Positions 1 to 10,000 are shown, counted from the first letter of the stretch. The stretch: DNA of 64,000 nucleotides from an uncultured bacterium (GCA_938028835.1 CALIMJ010000038.1:8808-72807); one strand, 5' to 3'. The notes: generated by a model from the sequence alone, not told the origin. Made by a program: numbers and translations.

Positions 1-2
1 TG

Positions 3-149
3 GACGGGCGGGGCGACGGGGTGGTCCTGAGCGTGCTGCACGGGCGGGACGGCTCGTACGCTTACGCCAAGGCCCTCCGGGACGGCAAGCCCTCCCACCC
101 CCTTTCGGAAGAGGAACGTCAGGCGGTGGCTCAGGCCCTGGGAGCCTGA
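3..149 (+). CDS. 3' end of an unidentified upstream CDS (partial, runs off the window start)
   Basis: Open frame from window edge to TGA at 147-149 with high GC3; product not recognisable from 49 aa. Confidence 0.3.
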   Translation, partial: DGRGDGVVLSVLHGRDGSYAYAKALRDGKPSHPLSEEERQAVAQALGA

Positions 150-182
150 CTTGCCGCGCGGGAACACAGGAGGAGGTGGTTT

Positions 183-851
183 TTGCTGTTCCGGGATCGG
201 CGTCACGCGGGCGCGGTCCTGGGGGACCTGGTGCGACGGCACCTGTCCGCGGACGGTGCCACCGCCCTGGTCCTCGGGATCCCGCGGGGAGGCGTGGTGG
301 TGGCCTCAGAGGTGGCCAGGGCCTTGGGCGCCGAGCTGGACCTGGCGGTCCCCCGGAAGCTGCGCGCGCCGTACAACCCTGAGCTCGCGATAGGCGCCGT
401 GGCGGAGGACGGCAGCGTGTACGTGGACGAGCGGGTCACCACCTCCCTGCGGGTGCCGCAGGAGTACCTGCAGCAGGAGGTGGCCTACCAGCTGGAGGAA
501 ATCCGCCGGCGGCTGCAGGCCTACCGCCAGGACCGGCCGGCCCCCGAGGTTTCGGGGCGCAGCGTGGTGCTGGTGGACGACGGCATCGCCACCGGTTCCA
601 CCATGGTGGCGGCGGTGAGGTCCGTCCGCCGCAGGGGCGCAGCGCGGGTGGTCGTGGCGGTCCCCGTGGCTCCTCCGGAGGCCGTCCGGCGGCTGCGGGC
701 GGAGGGCTGTGAGGTACTGTGCGTCCGGGAAGAGCCCCTGTTCGTGGCAGTGGGCCAGTTCTACGAGGACTTCACCCAGGTCTCGGACGAAGAGGTCCAG
801 GCGCTACTGCAGGAGTTCTGGCGGAAAAAGGAGGCGAGCGGTGGACCGTGA
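183..851 (+). CDS. Phosphoribosyltransferase-family protein (COG1926-like predicted PRTase)
   Basis: TTG start 6 nt after AGGAGGAGG RBS; PRPP-binding-like VVLVDDGIATGSTM motif; 222 aa. Confidence 0.7.
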   Translation: MLFRDRRHAGAVLGDLVRRHLSADGATALVLGIPRGGVVVASEVARALGAELDLAVPRKLRAPYNPELAIGAVAEDGSVYVDERVTTSLRVPQEYLQQEVAYQLEEIRRRLQAYRQDRPAPEVSGRSVVLVDDGIATGSTMVAAVRSVRRRGAARVVVAVPVAPPEAVRRLRAEGCEVLCVREEPLFVAVGQFYEDFTQVSDEEVQALLQEFWRKKEASGGP

Positions 852-2421
852 GGGCGTGCTGGACCGCCTGCGGGAGGCCGCGGCCGAGCTGGAAAGGCTG
901 GTGGAAGCCCTACCGGAGGGGCTGCTGCGGGAGCCCCTGGAGCGGTGGACCCCGCTGGACGTGGCCGCGCACCTGGTGGGCTGGAACGGGCACGTGGCAC
1001 GCGGCCTACAGCAGCTAGTCCAGGGGCAGGCCCCCTTCTACCTCCCCCAGGCGGAGCAGGACTACGCGGAGCTGAACGCAGAGTCGGTGGCGCGGTGGGG
1101 CGGACTGGACCGGGCCGCGCTGCTGGGTGAGCTGCGGGCGTCCCTAGACGAGCTCCTGGTGTTCCTGACGTCGCTGCCTGCGGAACTGTGGGATCGGGAC
1201 TTCGGGGTCCGGCACCGGGACCGGCCGGTCACCGTGCTGTGGACTGTTGGCGCGCTGGCGCAGGACTACGTCTCGCGTACGGAGCGGTTGCGGGCCTGGG
1301 CCGCCCGGCGCGGGATCGAGGTGCCGCGGCAGGGCCTGCTCCGCACGGCTCTGTACCAACGGCACGTGCAGCTTGGGGCCCGCAGGGTGCCGTTTGCGGG
1401 CTGGGAGATGCCCGTGCAGTACCGGGGGATCGTGGCGGAACACCAGGCGGTGCGGACCTCTGCGGGGCTGTTCGACGTCTCCCACATGGGCGAGATCCGC
1501 ATCTGGGGGCCCGGCGCGCTGGCGACCCTCGACCGCTTGCTGTGTAACGATCCCCGGCGGCTCGCGGTGGGCCAGGCCCTGTACACGCCCATGTGCCGCC
1601 CCAACGGCGGGGTGCTGGACGACCTGGTGGTCTGCCGGCTGGGCGAGGACCGGTATCTCCTGGTGGTGAACGCCAGCCGGCGGGAGGTGGACAGCCAGTG
1701 GGTACGGGACCACGCGCGGGACTGCCGCGTCCGGGACGTGTCGTTCTTCACGTCGCTGTTGGCGCTGCAGGGCCCGAGGGCCCAGGAGTTGCTGCAGCGC
1801 CTCACCGAGTTTGACCTGTCCGGCCTTCCCCGCTTCCGCCTGACGCCGCCGATCCGGGTGGCGGGGGTCCGGGCTGTGGTATCGCGGACTGGATACACGG
1901 GCGAGGACGGTTTCGAAATCCTCACGGACTGGCTCGACGCGCCGCGGGTGTGGGACGCCCTGGTGGAGCTGGGAGCAACCCCCTGCGGCCTGGGCGCCCG
2001 CGACACCCTGCGGCTGGAGGCAGGCTACCTGCTGTACGGCCAGGACATGGACGAGTCCACCACCCCGCTGGAGGCGGGTTTGGGCTGGACGGTGAAACTC
2101 GAGGGCCGGGAGTTCGTGGGTGCTGGTGCCCTGCGCCGCCAGAAAGCGGAGGGGGTGCGGCGGCGTCTGTGCGGGCTCGTGCTGGAGGGGAGGGCCATCG
2201 CACGGTCGGGCTGTGCGGTGCTCCGCGACGGCGAGGTGGTGGGGCGGGTGACCAGCGGTACCTTCGGCCCGTCGGTGCAGCGCAGCATCGCCCTGGCCTA
2301 CCTACCCACGGAGCTGTCCGCAGCCGGTACTCGGGTGGAGGTGGCAGTGCGGGATCAGCGGGTCGCCGCGGAGGTGGCCAGCCTGCCCTTCTACCGGAGG
2401 GCTTCACGCGGTGGGATATAG
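841..2421 (+). CDS. gcvT: DinB_2/MDMPI-N-like domain fused in frame to glycine cleavage T-protein (aminomethyltransferase)
   Basis: GTG 841 sits 6 nt after GGAGG (830-834). N-terminal ~160 aa carry the WTPLDVAAHLVGW MDMPI_N/DinB_2 signature. From ~aa 165 the sequence is canonical GcvT (LYQRHVQLGARRVPFAGWEMPVQY ... TGYTGEDGFEI ... GARDTLRLEAGY). No stop codon and no ATG or good RBS at the domain junction (only GTG 1321 with a weak SD). Confidence 0.7.
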   Translation: MDREGVLDRLREAAAELERLVEALPEGLLREPLERWTPLDVAAHLVGWNGHVARGLQQLVQGQAPFYLPQAEQDYAELNAESVARWGGLDRAALLGELRASLDELLVFLTSLPAELWDRDFGVRHRDRPVTVLWTVGALAQDYVSRTERLRAWAARRGIEVPRQGLLRTALYQRHVQLGARRVPFAGWEMPVQYRGIVAEHQAVRTSAGLFDVSHMGEIRIWGPGALATLDRLLCNDPRRLAVGQALYTPMCRPNGGVLDDLVVCRLGEDRYLLVVNASRREVDSQWVRDHARDCRVRDVSFFTSLLALQGPRAQELLQRLTEFDLSGLPRFRLTPPIRVAGVRAVVSRTGYTGEDGFEILTDWLDAPRVWDALVELGATPCGLGARDTLRLEAGYLLYGQDMDESTTPLEAGLGWTVKLEGREFVGAGALRRQKAEGVRRRLCGLVLEGRAIARSGCAVLRDGEVVGRVTSGTFGPSVQRSIALAYLPTELSAAGTRVEVAVRDQRVAAEVASLPFYRRASRGGI

Positions 2422-2457
2422 TGGGGCTGTCGAGCGAAGTTGCGGAGGGAGGCGGAC

Positions 2458-2838
2458 GTGTATCCGGAGGACTATCGCTACAGCAGCGAGCACGAGTGGG
2501 CCAAGCGGGAAAACGGTAGGGTCCGGGTGGGGATCACCCGGTTCGCCGCAGACCGCCTCACGGACGTGGTGTACGTGGAGCTGCCCCAGGTGGGCTCGGA
2601 GGTGCGTTTCATGCAGCCCTTCGGGGTCGTGGAGTCCGTGAAGGCCGCCAGCGAGCTGTACGCGCCAGTATCCGGGAGGGTGGTGGAAGTGAACGAGCGG
2701 CTGCGGGACCACCCCGAGCTGGTGAACCAGGACCCGCACGGCGAGGGGTGGATGATCGTGGTGGAGGCCACGGACCCCTCCGAGCTGGATCGGCTGATGG
2801 ACGCCCAGGGGTACCGGCGGCACATCGGGGAGGCCTAG
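2458..2838 (+). CDS. gcvH: Glycine cleavage system H protein (lipoyl carrier)
   Basis: GTG 5 nt after GGAGGGAGG; EHEWAK, lipoyl-lysine context VESVKAASELYAPVSG; 126 aa. Longest ORF starts at TTG 2440. Confidence 0.85.
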   Translation: MYPEDYRYSSEHEWAKRENGRVRVGITRFAADRLTDVVYVELPQVGSEVRFMQPFGVVESVKAASELYAPVSGRVVEVNERLRDHPELVNQDPHGEGWMIVVEATDPSELDRLMDAQGYRRHIGEA

Positions 2839-2839
2839 G

Positions 2840-4213
2840 GTGCGCTACATCCCCACCACCCCCGGAGAGCGCGAGCACATGCTGCGGGTGATCGGCGTGC
2901 GCTCCGTGGCGGACCTGTTCGCGGACGTCCCCGACAGCGTTCGGCTGCGCCGGCCCCTCCGCCTGCGGCCCGCCCTCAGCGACCCGGAGGTGCTCCGGTA
3001 TCTGAGCTCCCTGGCAGACCGGAACGCCCACGCCGACCGCATGACCTGCTTCGTGGGCGCGGGGGCCTACGACCACTTCGTGCCGCCCGCGGTGTGGCAG
3101 CTGGTCGGCCGGGGCGAGTTCCTGACCGCCTACACCCCCTACCAGGCCGAGATCATGCAGGGCGAGCTGCAGGCGACCTACGAGTACCAGACCATGGTGT
3201 GCGAGCTCCTGGGGATGGAGGTCGCCAACGCCTCCATGTACGACGGCGCCTCCGCCCTGGGGGAAGCCGCGGTGATGGCGCGGGACCTCACGAAGCGGGA
3301 TCGGGTGGTGGTGAGCCGCGCAGTCCACCCGGAGTACCGGCAGGTGCTGCGCACGTACACCGAGCCGCTGGGGATCCGGGTGGTGGAGCTGCCGCACCAA
3401 GCCGGCACCACGCCGCCGAACCCGCGCGCGGTGGACCGGCGTACCGCGGCCGTGGTGGTGCAACACCCCAACTTCTTCGGCTGCCTGGAGGACGTGCGGG
3501 GCTGGGCGGAGGCCGCGCACCGGGTGGGCGCTCTGCTGGTGGTGGCCTGCTCAGACCCCCTGGCCTTCGGCCTGCTGGAGCCGCCGGGCCCTCTCGGGGC
3601 GGACATCGTGGCCGCGGAGGGCCAGCCGCTGGGCAACCCGCTAAACTTCGGCGGCCCGTACCTCGGCATCATCGCCACCCGGCAGGAGTTCGTGCGGCGC
3701 ATGCCGGGGCGTCTGGTGGGCGCCACCGTGGACCGTCACGGCCGCCGGGGCTTCGTCCTGACCCTGCAGACCCGCGAGCAGCACATCCGGCGGGAGAAGG
3801 CCACCAGCAACATCTGCACCAACGAAGCCCTGAACGCGCTGGCGGCGGCGGCGTACCTGAGCTTGCTGGGCCCCCAGGGGGTCCGGCAGGTGGCGGAGCT
3901 GTGCCTGCGCAAGGCGGACTACCTGAAGTCGCGGGTGGCGGAGCTGCCAGGCTTCCAGCTGCCGTTCCCCGCTCCCACGTTTCACGAGTTCGTGGTGCGG
4001 GCCCCCCGGCCGGCGGAGGCGCTGGTCCGGGCCCTGAGCCGGGAGGGGTTCCTGGCAGGCCTGCCCTTGGGGAAGTTCTACCGGGGGATGCGGGACTGCC
4101 TGCTGGTGGCCACCACAGAGAACCGGACCCGGGAGGAGATGGATCGGTTCGTGGAGGCCCTGGCCCGCGCTTGCCGGCGCGGGCGACACGTGGTGGGAGG
4201 TCGGATGGGATGA
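2840..4213 (+). CDS. gcvPA: Glycine dehydrogenase (decarboxylating) subunit 1
   Basis: GTG start after GGGGAGG; N-terminal P-protein half ([14 protein letters not shown]...); 1 nt after gcvH stop. Confidence 0.85.
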   Translation: MRYIPTTPGEREHMLRVIGVRSVADLFADVPDSVRLRRPLRLRPALSDPEVLRYLSSLADRNAHADRMTCFVGAGAYDHFVPPAVWQLVGRGEFLTAYTPYQAEIMQGELQATYEYQTMVCELLGMEVANASMYDGASALGEAAVMARDLTKRDRVVVSRAVHPEYRQVLRTYTEPLGIRVVELPHQAGTTPPNPRAVDRRTAAVVVQHPNFFGCLEDVRGWAEAAHRVGALLVVACSDPLAFGLLEPPGPLGADIVAAEGQPLGNPLNFGGPYLGIIATRQEFVRRMPGRLVGATVDRHGRRGFVLTLQTREQHIRREKATSNICTNEALNALAAAAYLSLLGPQGVRQVAELCLRKADYLKSRVAELPGFQLPFPAPTFHEFVVRAPRPAEALVRALSREGFLAGLPLGKFYRGMRDCLLVATTENRTREEMDRFVEALARACRRGRHVVGGRMG

Positions 4214-5664
4214 GGGACTTCCCGTTGATCTTCGAGCGGAGCGTGCCGGGCCGCCGCGGGTTTGGGTTGCCGGAGTCGGACGTGCCCGCCCAACCCCTGG
4301 AGGAGCTGGTGCCGCCGCAGGCCTTGCGGAGGCGGCCGCCCGCCCTGCCCGAGGTGAGCGAGCTGGATGTGGTCCGCCACTACACCCGGCTCAGCCACCG
4401 TAACTTCTCCATCGACGAGGGGTTCTACCCCCTGGGCTCCTGCACCATGAAGTACAACCCCAAGCTGCATGAGGAGCTGGCGCGGCTGCCGGGCTTCGCC
4501 CGCCTCCACCCCTACACGCCCGAGGAGCTGGCCCAGGGAGCGCTGCAGCTCCTGTGGGAACTGGGGGAGGAGCTGCGGGAGCTGGCGGGGATGGACGCGG
4601 TGACCTTCCAGCCCGCCGCGGGCGCCCACGGGGAGCTGGTGGGCCTGCTGGTGATCCGCGCCTACTTCGCTTCCCGGGGCGAGAAGCGCACCCGGGTCAT
4701 CGTCCCGGACTCCGCGCACGGCACCAACCCGGCCACCGCGGCCATGGTGGGGTACGAAGTGGTCACCGTGCGATCCGACGCCCGGGGCAATCTGGACTTG
4801 GCGGCCCTGGAGCAGTACCTGGACGAGCGCACCGCGGCGCTGATGTTGACCAACCCCAACACCCTGGGGCTCTTCGAGGAACAGGTGGACCGGATCTCGG
4901 AGCGCGTGCACGCCGTGGGCGCGCAGATGTACCTGGACGGGGCCAACTTCAACGCCATGGTGGGCATCACGCGGCCCGGTGACCAGGGGTTTGACGTGAT
5001 GCACATGAACCTGCACAAGACCTTCTCCACTCCCCACGGCGGGGGCGGTCCCGGAGCCGGGGTGGTGGCGGTGAAGTCCCACCTGGAGCCCTTCCTGCCC
5101 GTCCCCGTGGTGGTCCGGGACGGTGACCGGTACCGGCTGGACTTCGACCGGCCGCAGTCGGTGGGCCGGGTGCGGGCCTTCTACGGGAACTTCGCGAACC
5201 TGGTGCGGGCGTACGCGTATCTCCGGACGCTGGGAGCGGAGGGGCTGCGGGCGGTGGCGGAACACGCGGTCCTGCACGCCAACTACCTGCGCGTCCGGCT
5301 GGCCCCGTACTACGAGATCCCGTACCAGCGCATCTGCAAACACGAGTTCGTCGCCTCAGGCGTGCGACAGAAGCGGCGGGACGGGGTCACGACCCGGGAC
5401 ATCGCCAAGCGGCTGCTGGACTACGGTTTCCACGCTCCGACGGTGTACTTCCCCCTGATCGTGGAAGAGGCCATCATGATCGAGCCCACGGAAACGGAGA
5501 GCCTGCAGACCCTGGACGCGTTCGTGGACGCCATGGTCGCCATCGACCGGGAGTGCCGGGAGGACCCGGAAAAGGTGCGCACCGCTCCCCACACCACCGC
5601 TGTGGGCCGCCTGGACGAGGTGCGGGCGGCCCGCCAGCTGGACCTCCGGTGGAGGCCTGCCTGA
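4210..5664 (+). CDS. gcvPB: Glycine dehydrogenase (decarboxylating) subunit 2 (PLP-binding)
   Basis: ATG 4210 overlaps gcvPA TGA (ATGA); [30 protein letters not shown]-lysine motif; 484 aa. Confidence 0.85.
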   Translation: MRDFPLIFERSVPGRRGFGLPESDVPAQPLEELVPPQALRRRPPALPEVSELDVVRHYTRLSHRNFSIDEGFYPLGSCTMKYNPKLHEELARLPGFARLHPYTPEELAQGALQLLWELGEELRELAGMDAVTFQPAAGAHGELVGLLVIRAYFASRGEKRTRVIVPDSAHGTNPATAAMVGYEVVTVRSDARGNLDLAALEQYLDERTAALMLTNPNTLGLFEEQVDRISERVHAVGAQMYLDGANFNAMVGITRPGDQGFDVMHMNLHKTFSTPHGGGGPGAGVVAVKSHLEPFLPVPVVVRDGDRYRLDFDRPQSVGRVRAFYGNFANLVRAYAYLRTLGAEGLRAVAEHAVLHANYLRVRLAPYYEIPYQRICKHEFVASGVRQKRRDGVTTRDIAKRLLDYGFHAPTVYFPLIVEEAIMIEPTETESLQTLDAFVDAMVAIDRECREDPEKVRTAPHTTAVGRLDEVRAARQLDLRWRPA

Positions 5665-5704
5665 AGTTTCCGGGGGCGGGCAGCAGGGAATCCGCGACGT
5701 GCCC

Positions 5705-5720
5705 TAGAAAGCGTTTTCTA
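5705..5720. promoter_or_regulatory. AT-rich imperfect palindrome TAGAAAGCGTTTTCTA between gcvPB and the cupin-tctCBA operon (candidate operator)
   Basis: 16-bp inverted repeat (half sites AGAAAGC / GTTTTCT) followed by AAAAAA. It is one of the few AT-rich islands in a ~70% GC window. There is no downstream U-tract, so it is unlikely to be an intrinsic terminator. Confidence 0.35.
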
Positions 5721-5748
5721 AAAAAGGCCGTCGTCGGGGAGGTGCCCC

Positions 5749-6141
5749 TTGGAACCGAAGCCCGCGCGAATCCGGGTGGTGGACGTGGAGGGGTGGGAGT
5801 TTCCTGCGGGCCGGCGGACGCGGGTTTTCGCGGGTGTGGCGGGGCTACCCACCCGGAACTTCGTCATGGGCCAGAGCCAGATCTATCCGGGCGGTGGGAT
5901 CCCCCGACACGCGCACGAGAACGAGGAGGTCTACCTGATCCTCAAAGGTCGGGCGCACATGACGGTCGGGGACGAGACGTTCGAGGTCTCGGAGGGGACC
6001 GCGGTCTACCTGCCGCCCAACGTCCCGCACGGGCTGACGAACGCGGGGGAGGAGGACGTGCTCCTGCTGTTCGTGTACTCGCCGGCCACGTTGGTGTCCC
6101 ACTGGAGTGAGGAACGACAGAAAGGAGGGAGGAGGACATGA
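5749..6141 (+). CDS. Cupin-2 domain protein
   Basis: TTG 6 nt after GGGGAGG; cupin motifs HAHENEEVYLILKG ... TAVYLPPNVPHG; 130 aa. Confidence 0.65.
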   Translation: MEPKPARIRVVDVEGWEFPAGRRTRVFAGVAGLPTRNFVMGQSQIYPGGGIPRHAHENEEVYLILKGRAHMTVGDETFEVSEGTAVYLPPNVPHGLTNAGEEDVLLLFVYSPATLVSHWSEERQKGGRRT

Positions 6142-7139
6142 GCAAGCGGTGGGTTGTTCTGCTCCTCGTGACCGTGCTGGCCACGGCAGGGCTCGCCTCC
6201 GCGGCCCCAAGCTGGCGACCCTCCCGCCCCATTACCGTCATCGTGCCTTGGCCCGCCGGAGGCTCCACGGACATGACGGCCCGGGTGCTCGCGAGCCAGA
6301 TGGAGCGGTTTTTGGGGCAGCGCATCGTGATCGTGAACACACCGGGAGCCGGAGGCGCTATTGGGATGAAGGAAGCCTGGGATCGTCCACGGGACGGTTA
6401 CACCTGGGCGGCCAACTCCAGCACGGCGGTCATCAGCTACCCTGTACTCGGTCAGCTGGAGGTCACCCACCGTGACTGGCTGTACTTCTACGTCCTGTAC
6501 GCGCCCAACGTGATCGCCGTTCCCGCCAACTCGCCGTTCCGGACCGCGAAGGACCTCGCAGACGCCATGCGGGCGCGACCCGGAGCCGTTCGTGTCTCCT
6601 CCGCCGGGGCGGGCAGTTCTGGACACCTGGGTGCAGAGACATTCCGGCTTGTTGTGGGCGCTACCTACCGCCACGTGGCGTACGCGGGCGGCGCGCCCGC
6701 GGTGGTCGCGGCGGTCCAGGGGGAGGTGGAGGCGGTCATGCAACTTTCCATGGAAGTGGCGGAGATGCTCCGGGCAGGTCGTCTCCGGGCACTGGCGGTG
6801 ATGTCCCGTAGTCCGCTGACCATGGAGGGCTACGGGGTGATCCCCCCTATTAGCCAGGTGTTTCCTAACTTTCCGGAGACCGGTTCGTACTTCGGGCTGA
6901 TGGTGCCGAAAGACATGCCCGCTGACATCGTGGCTGCGGTGGAGGCGGCTTTTCGTCCCGCCTCAGAAGCTCCCGCGGTGCGTCTGTTCGCGCGCCAGAA
7001 CGGGGTGGTGGCGGTGAGCCTGTCGGGCCGTCAAGCTACAGAGGTGACGGAGCAGAAGGCCCGGCGGGTGGCCTGGACCCTGTTCGAGGCGGGGCTGGCG
7101 AAAAAGACGCCGACGGAGCTGGGGATTCCCCGGCCTTGA
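6138..7139 (+). CDS. tctC: Tripartite tricarboxylate transporter substrate-binding protein (TctC/Bug family)
   Basis: ATGA overlap with cupin stop; signal peptide, then the Bug-family core PITVIVPWPAGGSTDMTAR ... NTPGAGGAIG. Confidence 0.8.
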   Translation: MSKRWVVLLLVTVLATAGLASAAPSWRPSRPITVIVPWPAGGSTDMTARVLASQMERFLGQRIVIVNTPGAGGAIGMKEAWDRPRDGYTWAANSSTAVISYPVLGQLEVTHRDWLYFYVLYAPNVIAVPANSPFRTAKDLADAMRARPGAVRVSSAGAGSSGHLGAETFRLVVGATYRHVAYAGGAPAVVAAVQGEVEAVMQLSMEVAEMLRAGRLRALAVMSRSPLTMEGYGVIPPISQVFPNFPETGSYFGLMVPKDMPADIVAAVEAAFRPASEAPAVRLFARQNGVVAVSLSGRQATEVTEQKARRVAWTLFEAGLAKKTPTELGIPRP

Positions 7140-7140
7140 G

Positions 7141-7638
7141 GTGCAGGAGGGGGATGTGACGGAGGGGCGGCCGACAACGGCTTCCCTTGCAGACACGGCT
7201 GGCGCCGTCGTTCTGGCAGGGGTGGCTCTGGGATTCCTTAAGGCCGCGCTGGACATCCCTGCTGACACCGCCCTTTGGACCTGGTACGACTCTCCGGGGC
7301 TGACGCCGGCCCTGTTGGCCGGCGGCCTCTTGCTCCAGTCGCTGGTCCTCCTGGCGAGATCCCTACTGGCACCGGGGAGGGGAATCGGTGGGACGGCCGG
7401 GCTCAGGGGGGCGCGCTCGTGGGGCGCAGGACGCGTCCTGGCGGCCTTGGCTTTCTGCGTGGCCTTTGTGGCCCTCATGGGGCGGGTACCCTTCGGGGTC
7501 CTGGTGGCGGCGCTGGTGTTCGCCGTGACGGTGGCCTTCCGCGGAACGGACGCACCCCGTGCGGCGGTTCTGGCGGTGCTCACTGCGATCGGGGTCGTGC
7601 TGGTGTTCGGCCGGCTGTTTTTCGTGCCGCTGCCATGA
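7141..7638 (+). CDS. tctB: Tripartite tricarboxylate transporter small membrane protein (TctB family)
   Basis: Small 4-TM hydrophobic protein between tctC and tctA; start could be GTG 7141 or 7156. Confidence 0.6.
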   Translation: MQEGDVTEGRPTTASLADTAGAVVLAGVALGFLKAALDIPADTALWTWYDSPGLTPALLAGGLLLQSLVLLARSLLAPGRGIGGTAGLRGARSWGAGRVLAALAFCVAFVALMGRVPFGVLVAALVFAVTVAFRGTDAPRAAVLAVLTAIGVVLVFGRLFFVPLP

Positions 7639-9149
7639 ACGCGCTCGCATTCCTGTCGGAACTGGCGCGGCTGGCCACGGACCCTGCGACGGTGGCGCTG
7701 GTCCTCGTGGGCGCCCAGGTGGGCATCGTCTTCGGCATGCTGCCAGGGTTGACCGCCACCATGGCCATGTCGTTGCTGACCGGGCTTACCTTCTCGCTGC
7801 CGGCGAGTCAGGCGGTGGCGGTGCTGCTGGGAGCGTACGTGGGCGCCATCACAGGAGGGAGCCGGTCTGCGGTCCTCCTCAACATCCCAGGGACTCCGGC
7901 TCAGGCTGCCGTGTGCCTGGACGGGTTCCCGTTGGCCATGCAGGGCCGCGCGGCCGAGGCCATCGGGCTTTCTGTGACGGCCTCCACCCTGGGAACCCTG
8001 TTCGGCGTCGCGATGCTGGCCCTGTTCGCACCGCTCTTGGGTCAGGTGGCGCTCCAGTTCGGTACGTGGGAGTTCTTCTGGCTGGCGGTGTTCGGCGTCG
8101 TGATCGCCGGGAGCCTAACCGGGGGGCGGGACGCGCTGAAGGGGTGGATCGCCGGGACCCTAGGGCTTTTGCTGGCCACCGTGGGGCAGGACGGCATCCA
8201 CGCGTATCCCCGCTTCACCCTGGGCCGGGTGGAACTCCAAGGGGGGTTCGCCCTGATCCCGGTCCTGGTGGGCGCGTACGGGATGTCAGAGATCCTGACG
8301 GTCCTGCGCCGGAGTGAGCGCGCGGTGGTGCACACGCGCCTGGACCGGGTCCTGCCGCGTTTCAAGGAGGTGTTCCGGCATCGGTGGCACATCCTGAGGT
8401 CTGGACTCATCGGGACGTTCGTGGGGATCATCCCGGGTGTGGGCGAGGATATCGCCTCGTGGGTCTCCTACGACGTGGCCCGGAGGACAAGCCGGAGCCC
8501 GGAGCAGTTCGGGAGGGGATCCATCGAGGGGCTCATTGCGGCGGAGACGGGGGATAATGCGTGTATCGGGGGTGCGTGCGTTCCGGTGCTTACGCTCGGG
8601 GTGCCGGGAAGCGCGCCGGCTGCTGTACTGCTTGCCGCTCTGACGATCCACGGGCTGAAACCCGGCCCGCTGCTGGTGCTGCAGCACCCGGAGACCGTGT
8701 GGCAGGTCGTGGCGCTGTTCCTCCTGGCGACCCTGGCGGTATTCGTGCTCAGTTTGACGCTGGTGCGCCCCATGGTCCGGATCCTGCTGATCCCGCGGGA
8801 AGCGCTGATGCCCGTGGTGTATGTGCTGTGCGTGGTCGGGAGCTTCGCCATTTCGGCTCGGATCTTCGATGTGTGGGTGATGCTCGGGTTCGGCCTGCTG
8901 GGGTTTGCCCTGAGGGAGACGGGGTATCCGGTGGCGCCCCTGGTTCTGGGGTTCATCCTGGGGCCGATGGCGGACGACAACTTGCGGCGCGGGCTGGCCC
9001 TTACGGGCGGCGATCCGGCAGCGTTCTTCACACGGCCGATCTCCGCGGTCCTGGTGGCGCTCATCGTCTTCACGGTGGTCGGCCGGACGCTCCTGGGGTC
9101 GCGGGTCCGTCGGCGTGGGGCACGGGAAGAGGCGCCGGCCCTGACGTGA
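7635..9149 (+). CDS. tctA: Tripartite tricarboxylate transporter large permease (TctA family)
   Basis: ATG 7635 overlaps tctB TGA (ATGA); polytopic membrane protein, 504 aa; TctA-like glycine-rich repeats. Confidence 0.8.
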   Translation: MNALAFLSELARLATDPATVALVLVGAQVGIVFGMLPGLTATMAMSLLTGLTFSLPASQAVAVLLGAYVGAITGGSRSAVLLNIPGTPAQAAVCLDGFPLAMQGRAAEAIGLSVTASTLGTLFGVAMLALFAPLLGQVALQFGTWEFFWLAVFGVVIAGSLTGGRDALKGWIAGTLGLLLATVGQDGIHAYPRFTLGRVELQGGFALIPVLVGAYGMSEILTVLRRSERAVVHTRLDRVLPRFKEVFRHRWHILRSGLIGTFVGIIPGVGEDIASWVSYDVARRTSRSPEQFGRGSIEGLIAAETGDNACIGGACVPVLTLGVPGSAPAAVLLAALTIHGLKPGPLLVLQHPETVWQVVALFLLATLAVFVLSLTLVRPMVRILLIPREALMPVVYVLCVVGSFAISARIFDVWVMLGFGLLGFALRETGYPVAPLVLGFILGPMADDNLRRGLALTGGDPAAFFTRPISAVLVALIVFTVVGRTLLGSRVRRRGAREEAPALT

Positions 9150-9997
9150 GCGGCTTCGGGATGCGCCTGGCGTACACCGTAGCCGCTCCGGACGGCGGCG
9201 CCCCTGCCCTGGCGTGGTGCGGTCCGCTGGAGACTGTCCTAGAGAGGGTGCGCGTGGCGGGGTTCGAGGGGGTCGAACTGTACGTGGTGGACCCCGGCCG
9301 ACTGGACCCGGTGCGGTTGGCGGGACGCATCGCGGAAGCGGGGCTGACCCCAGCGGCCGTGTGCACGGGGGAAGTCTACGGGCGTGACGGGTTACACCTG
9401 TCCGCCCGCGAGGAGGAAGTGCGGAGGGCGGCGATGGCGCGGAGCCGGGCGATCATCGACCTCGCGGCCGCCCTCCGGGTGCCCGTGAACGTGGGCCGGC
9501 TGCGCGGTCCCGCGGCTGGAGACCCGGGCGCCGCGCGCCGCGCGCTGGACGCCCTGGGTGAGCTGGCCGCGTACGCGTGGGCCCGCGGGACTTACCTGGT
9601 CCTCGAACCTGTGAACCACCACGAGCTGGACTTGGTCAACACTACCTCGGAGGGGATCTCCTGGGTCCGCCAGGTGAACCACGAGGGGCTGCGTCTCATG
9701 CTGGACCTGTATCACGTGCAGCTCGGCGACGTATCTGTACCGGCGGCCTTCGTGGCCGCATGGGCCGCCGGGGTCCTGGCGCACGTGCACGTGTCCGACA
9801 GCAACCGGCTTGCCCCCGGATGGGGCCACTTCCCCCTCAGGGACGTGCTGGCGGTCCTGGAAGCCGTGGGTTACACAGGCTGGGTCACGGTGGAATGTTT
9901 GCAGCGTCCGAGCCCCGAAGCGACGGCCCGTCAGGCTGGAAGCCACCTCCGCAGGCTTCTGGAGGAGCTGCAGGGGAGCCCCGCCGGGCTCCGATAG
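9146..9997 (+). CDS. Sugar phosphate isomerase/epimerase (xylose-isomerase-like TIM barrel)
   Basis: GTGA overlap with tctA stop (alternative ATG at 9161); AP-endonuclease-2/XylA-like TIM-barrel pattern (LVLEPVNHHE..., HVHVSDSNR); 278-283 aa. Confidence 0.6.
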   Translation: MSGFGMRLAYTVAAPDGGAPALAWCGPLETVLERVRVAGFEGVELYVVDPGRLDPVRLAGRIAEAGLTPAAVCTGEVYGRDGLHLSAREEEVRRAAMARSRAIIDLAAALRVPVNVGRLRGPAAGDPGAARRALDALGELAAYAWARGTYLVLEPVNHHELDLVNTTSEGISWVRQVNHEGLRLMLDLYHVQLGDVSVPAAFVAAWAAGVLAHVHVSDSNRLAPGWGHFPLRDVLAVLEAVGYTGWVTVECLQRPSPEATARQAGSHLRRLLEELQGSPAGLR

Positions 9998-10000
9998 GAT

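Noticed and set aside
1-182. Glycine riboswitch upstream of the gcv operon
   Set aside because: No tandem GGAGAG...CUCUGGAGAG/ACCG aptamer features in the region. The operon starts with a phosphoribosyltransferase gene, not a leader RNA
1144-2407. Multiple long antisense ORFs (e.g. 1144-1713, 1266-2006, 1922-2407) opposite gcvT, and similar ones throughout (14692-15385, 17752-19404, 40080-41789, etc.)
   Set aside because: Pro/Arg/Gly/Ala-rich low-complexity translations with no motifs. They lie opposite well-supported genes and are the expected GC-bias artefacts
3094-5664. 856-aa ORF in the six-frame track spanning gcvPA-gcvPB
   Set aside because: Only its last 485 codons (from ATG 4210) are gcvPB. 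The upstream part is the +1 frame of gcvPA with Gly/Pro/Arg-rich nonsense typical of GC-rich alternate frames
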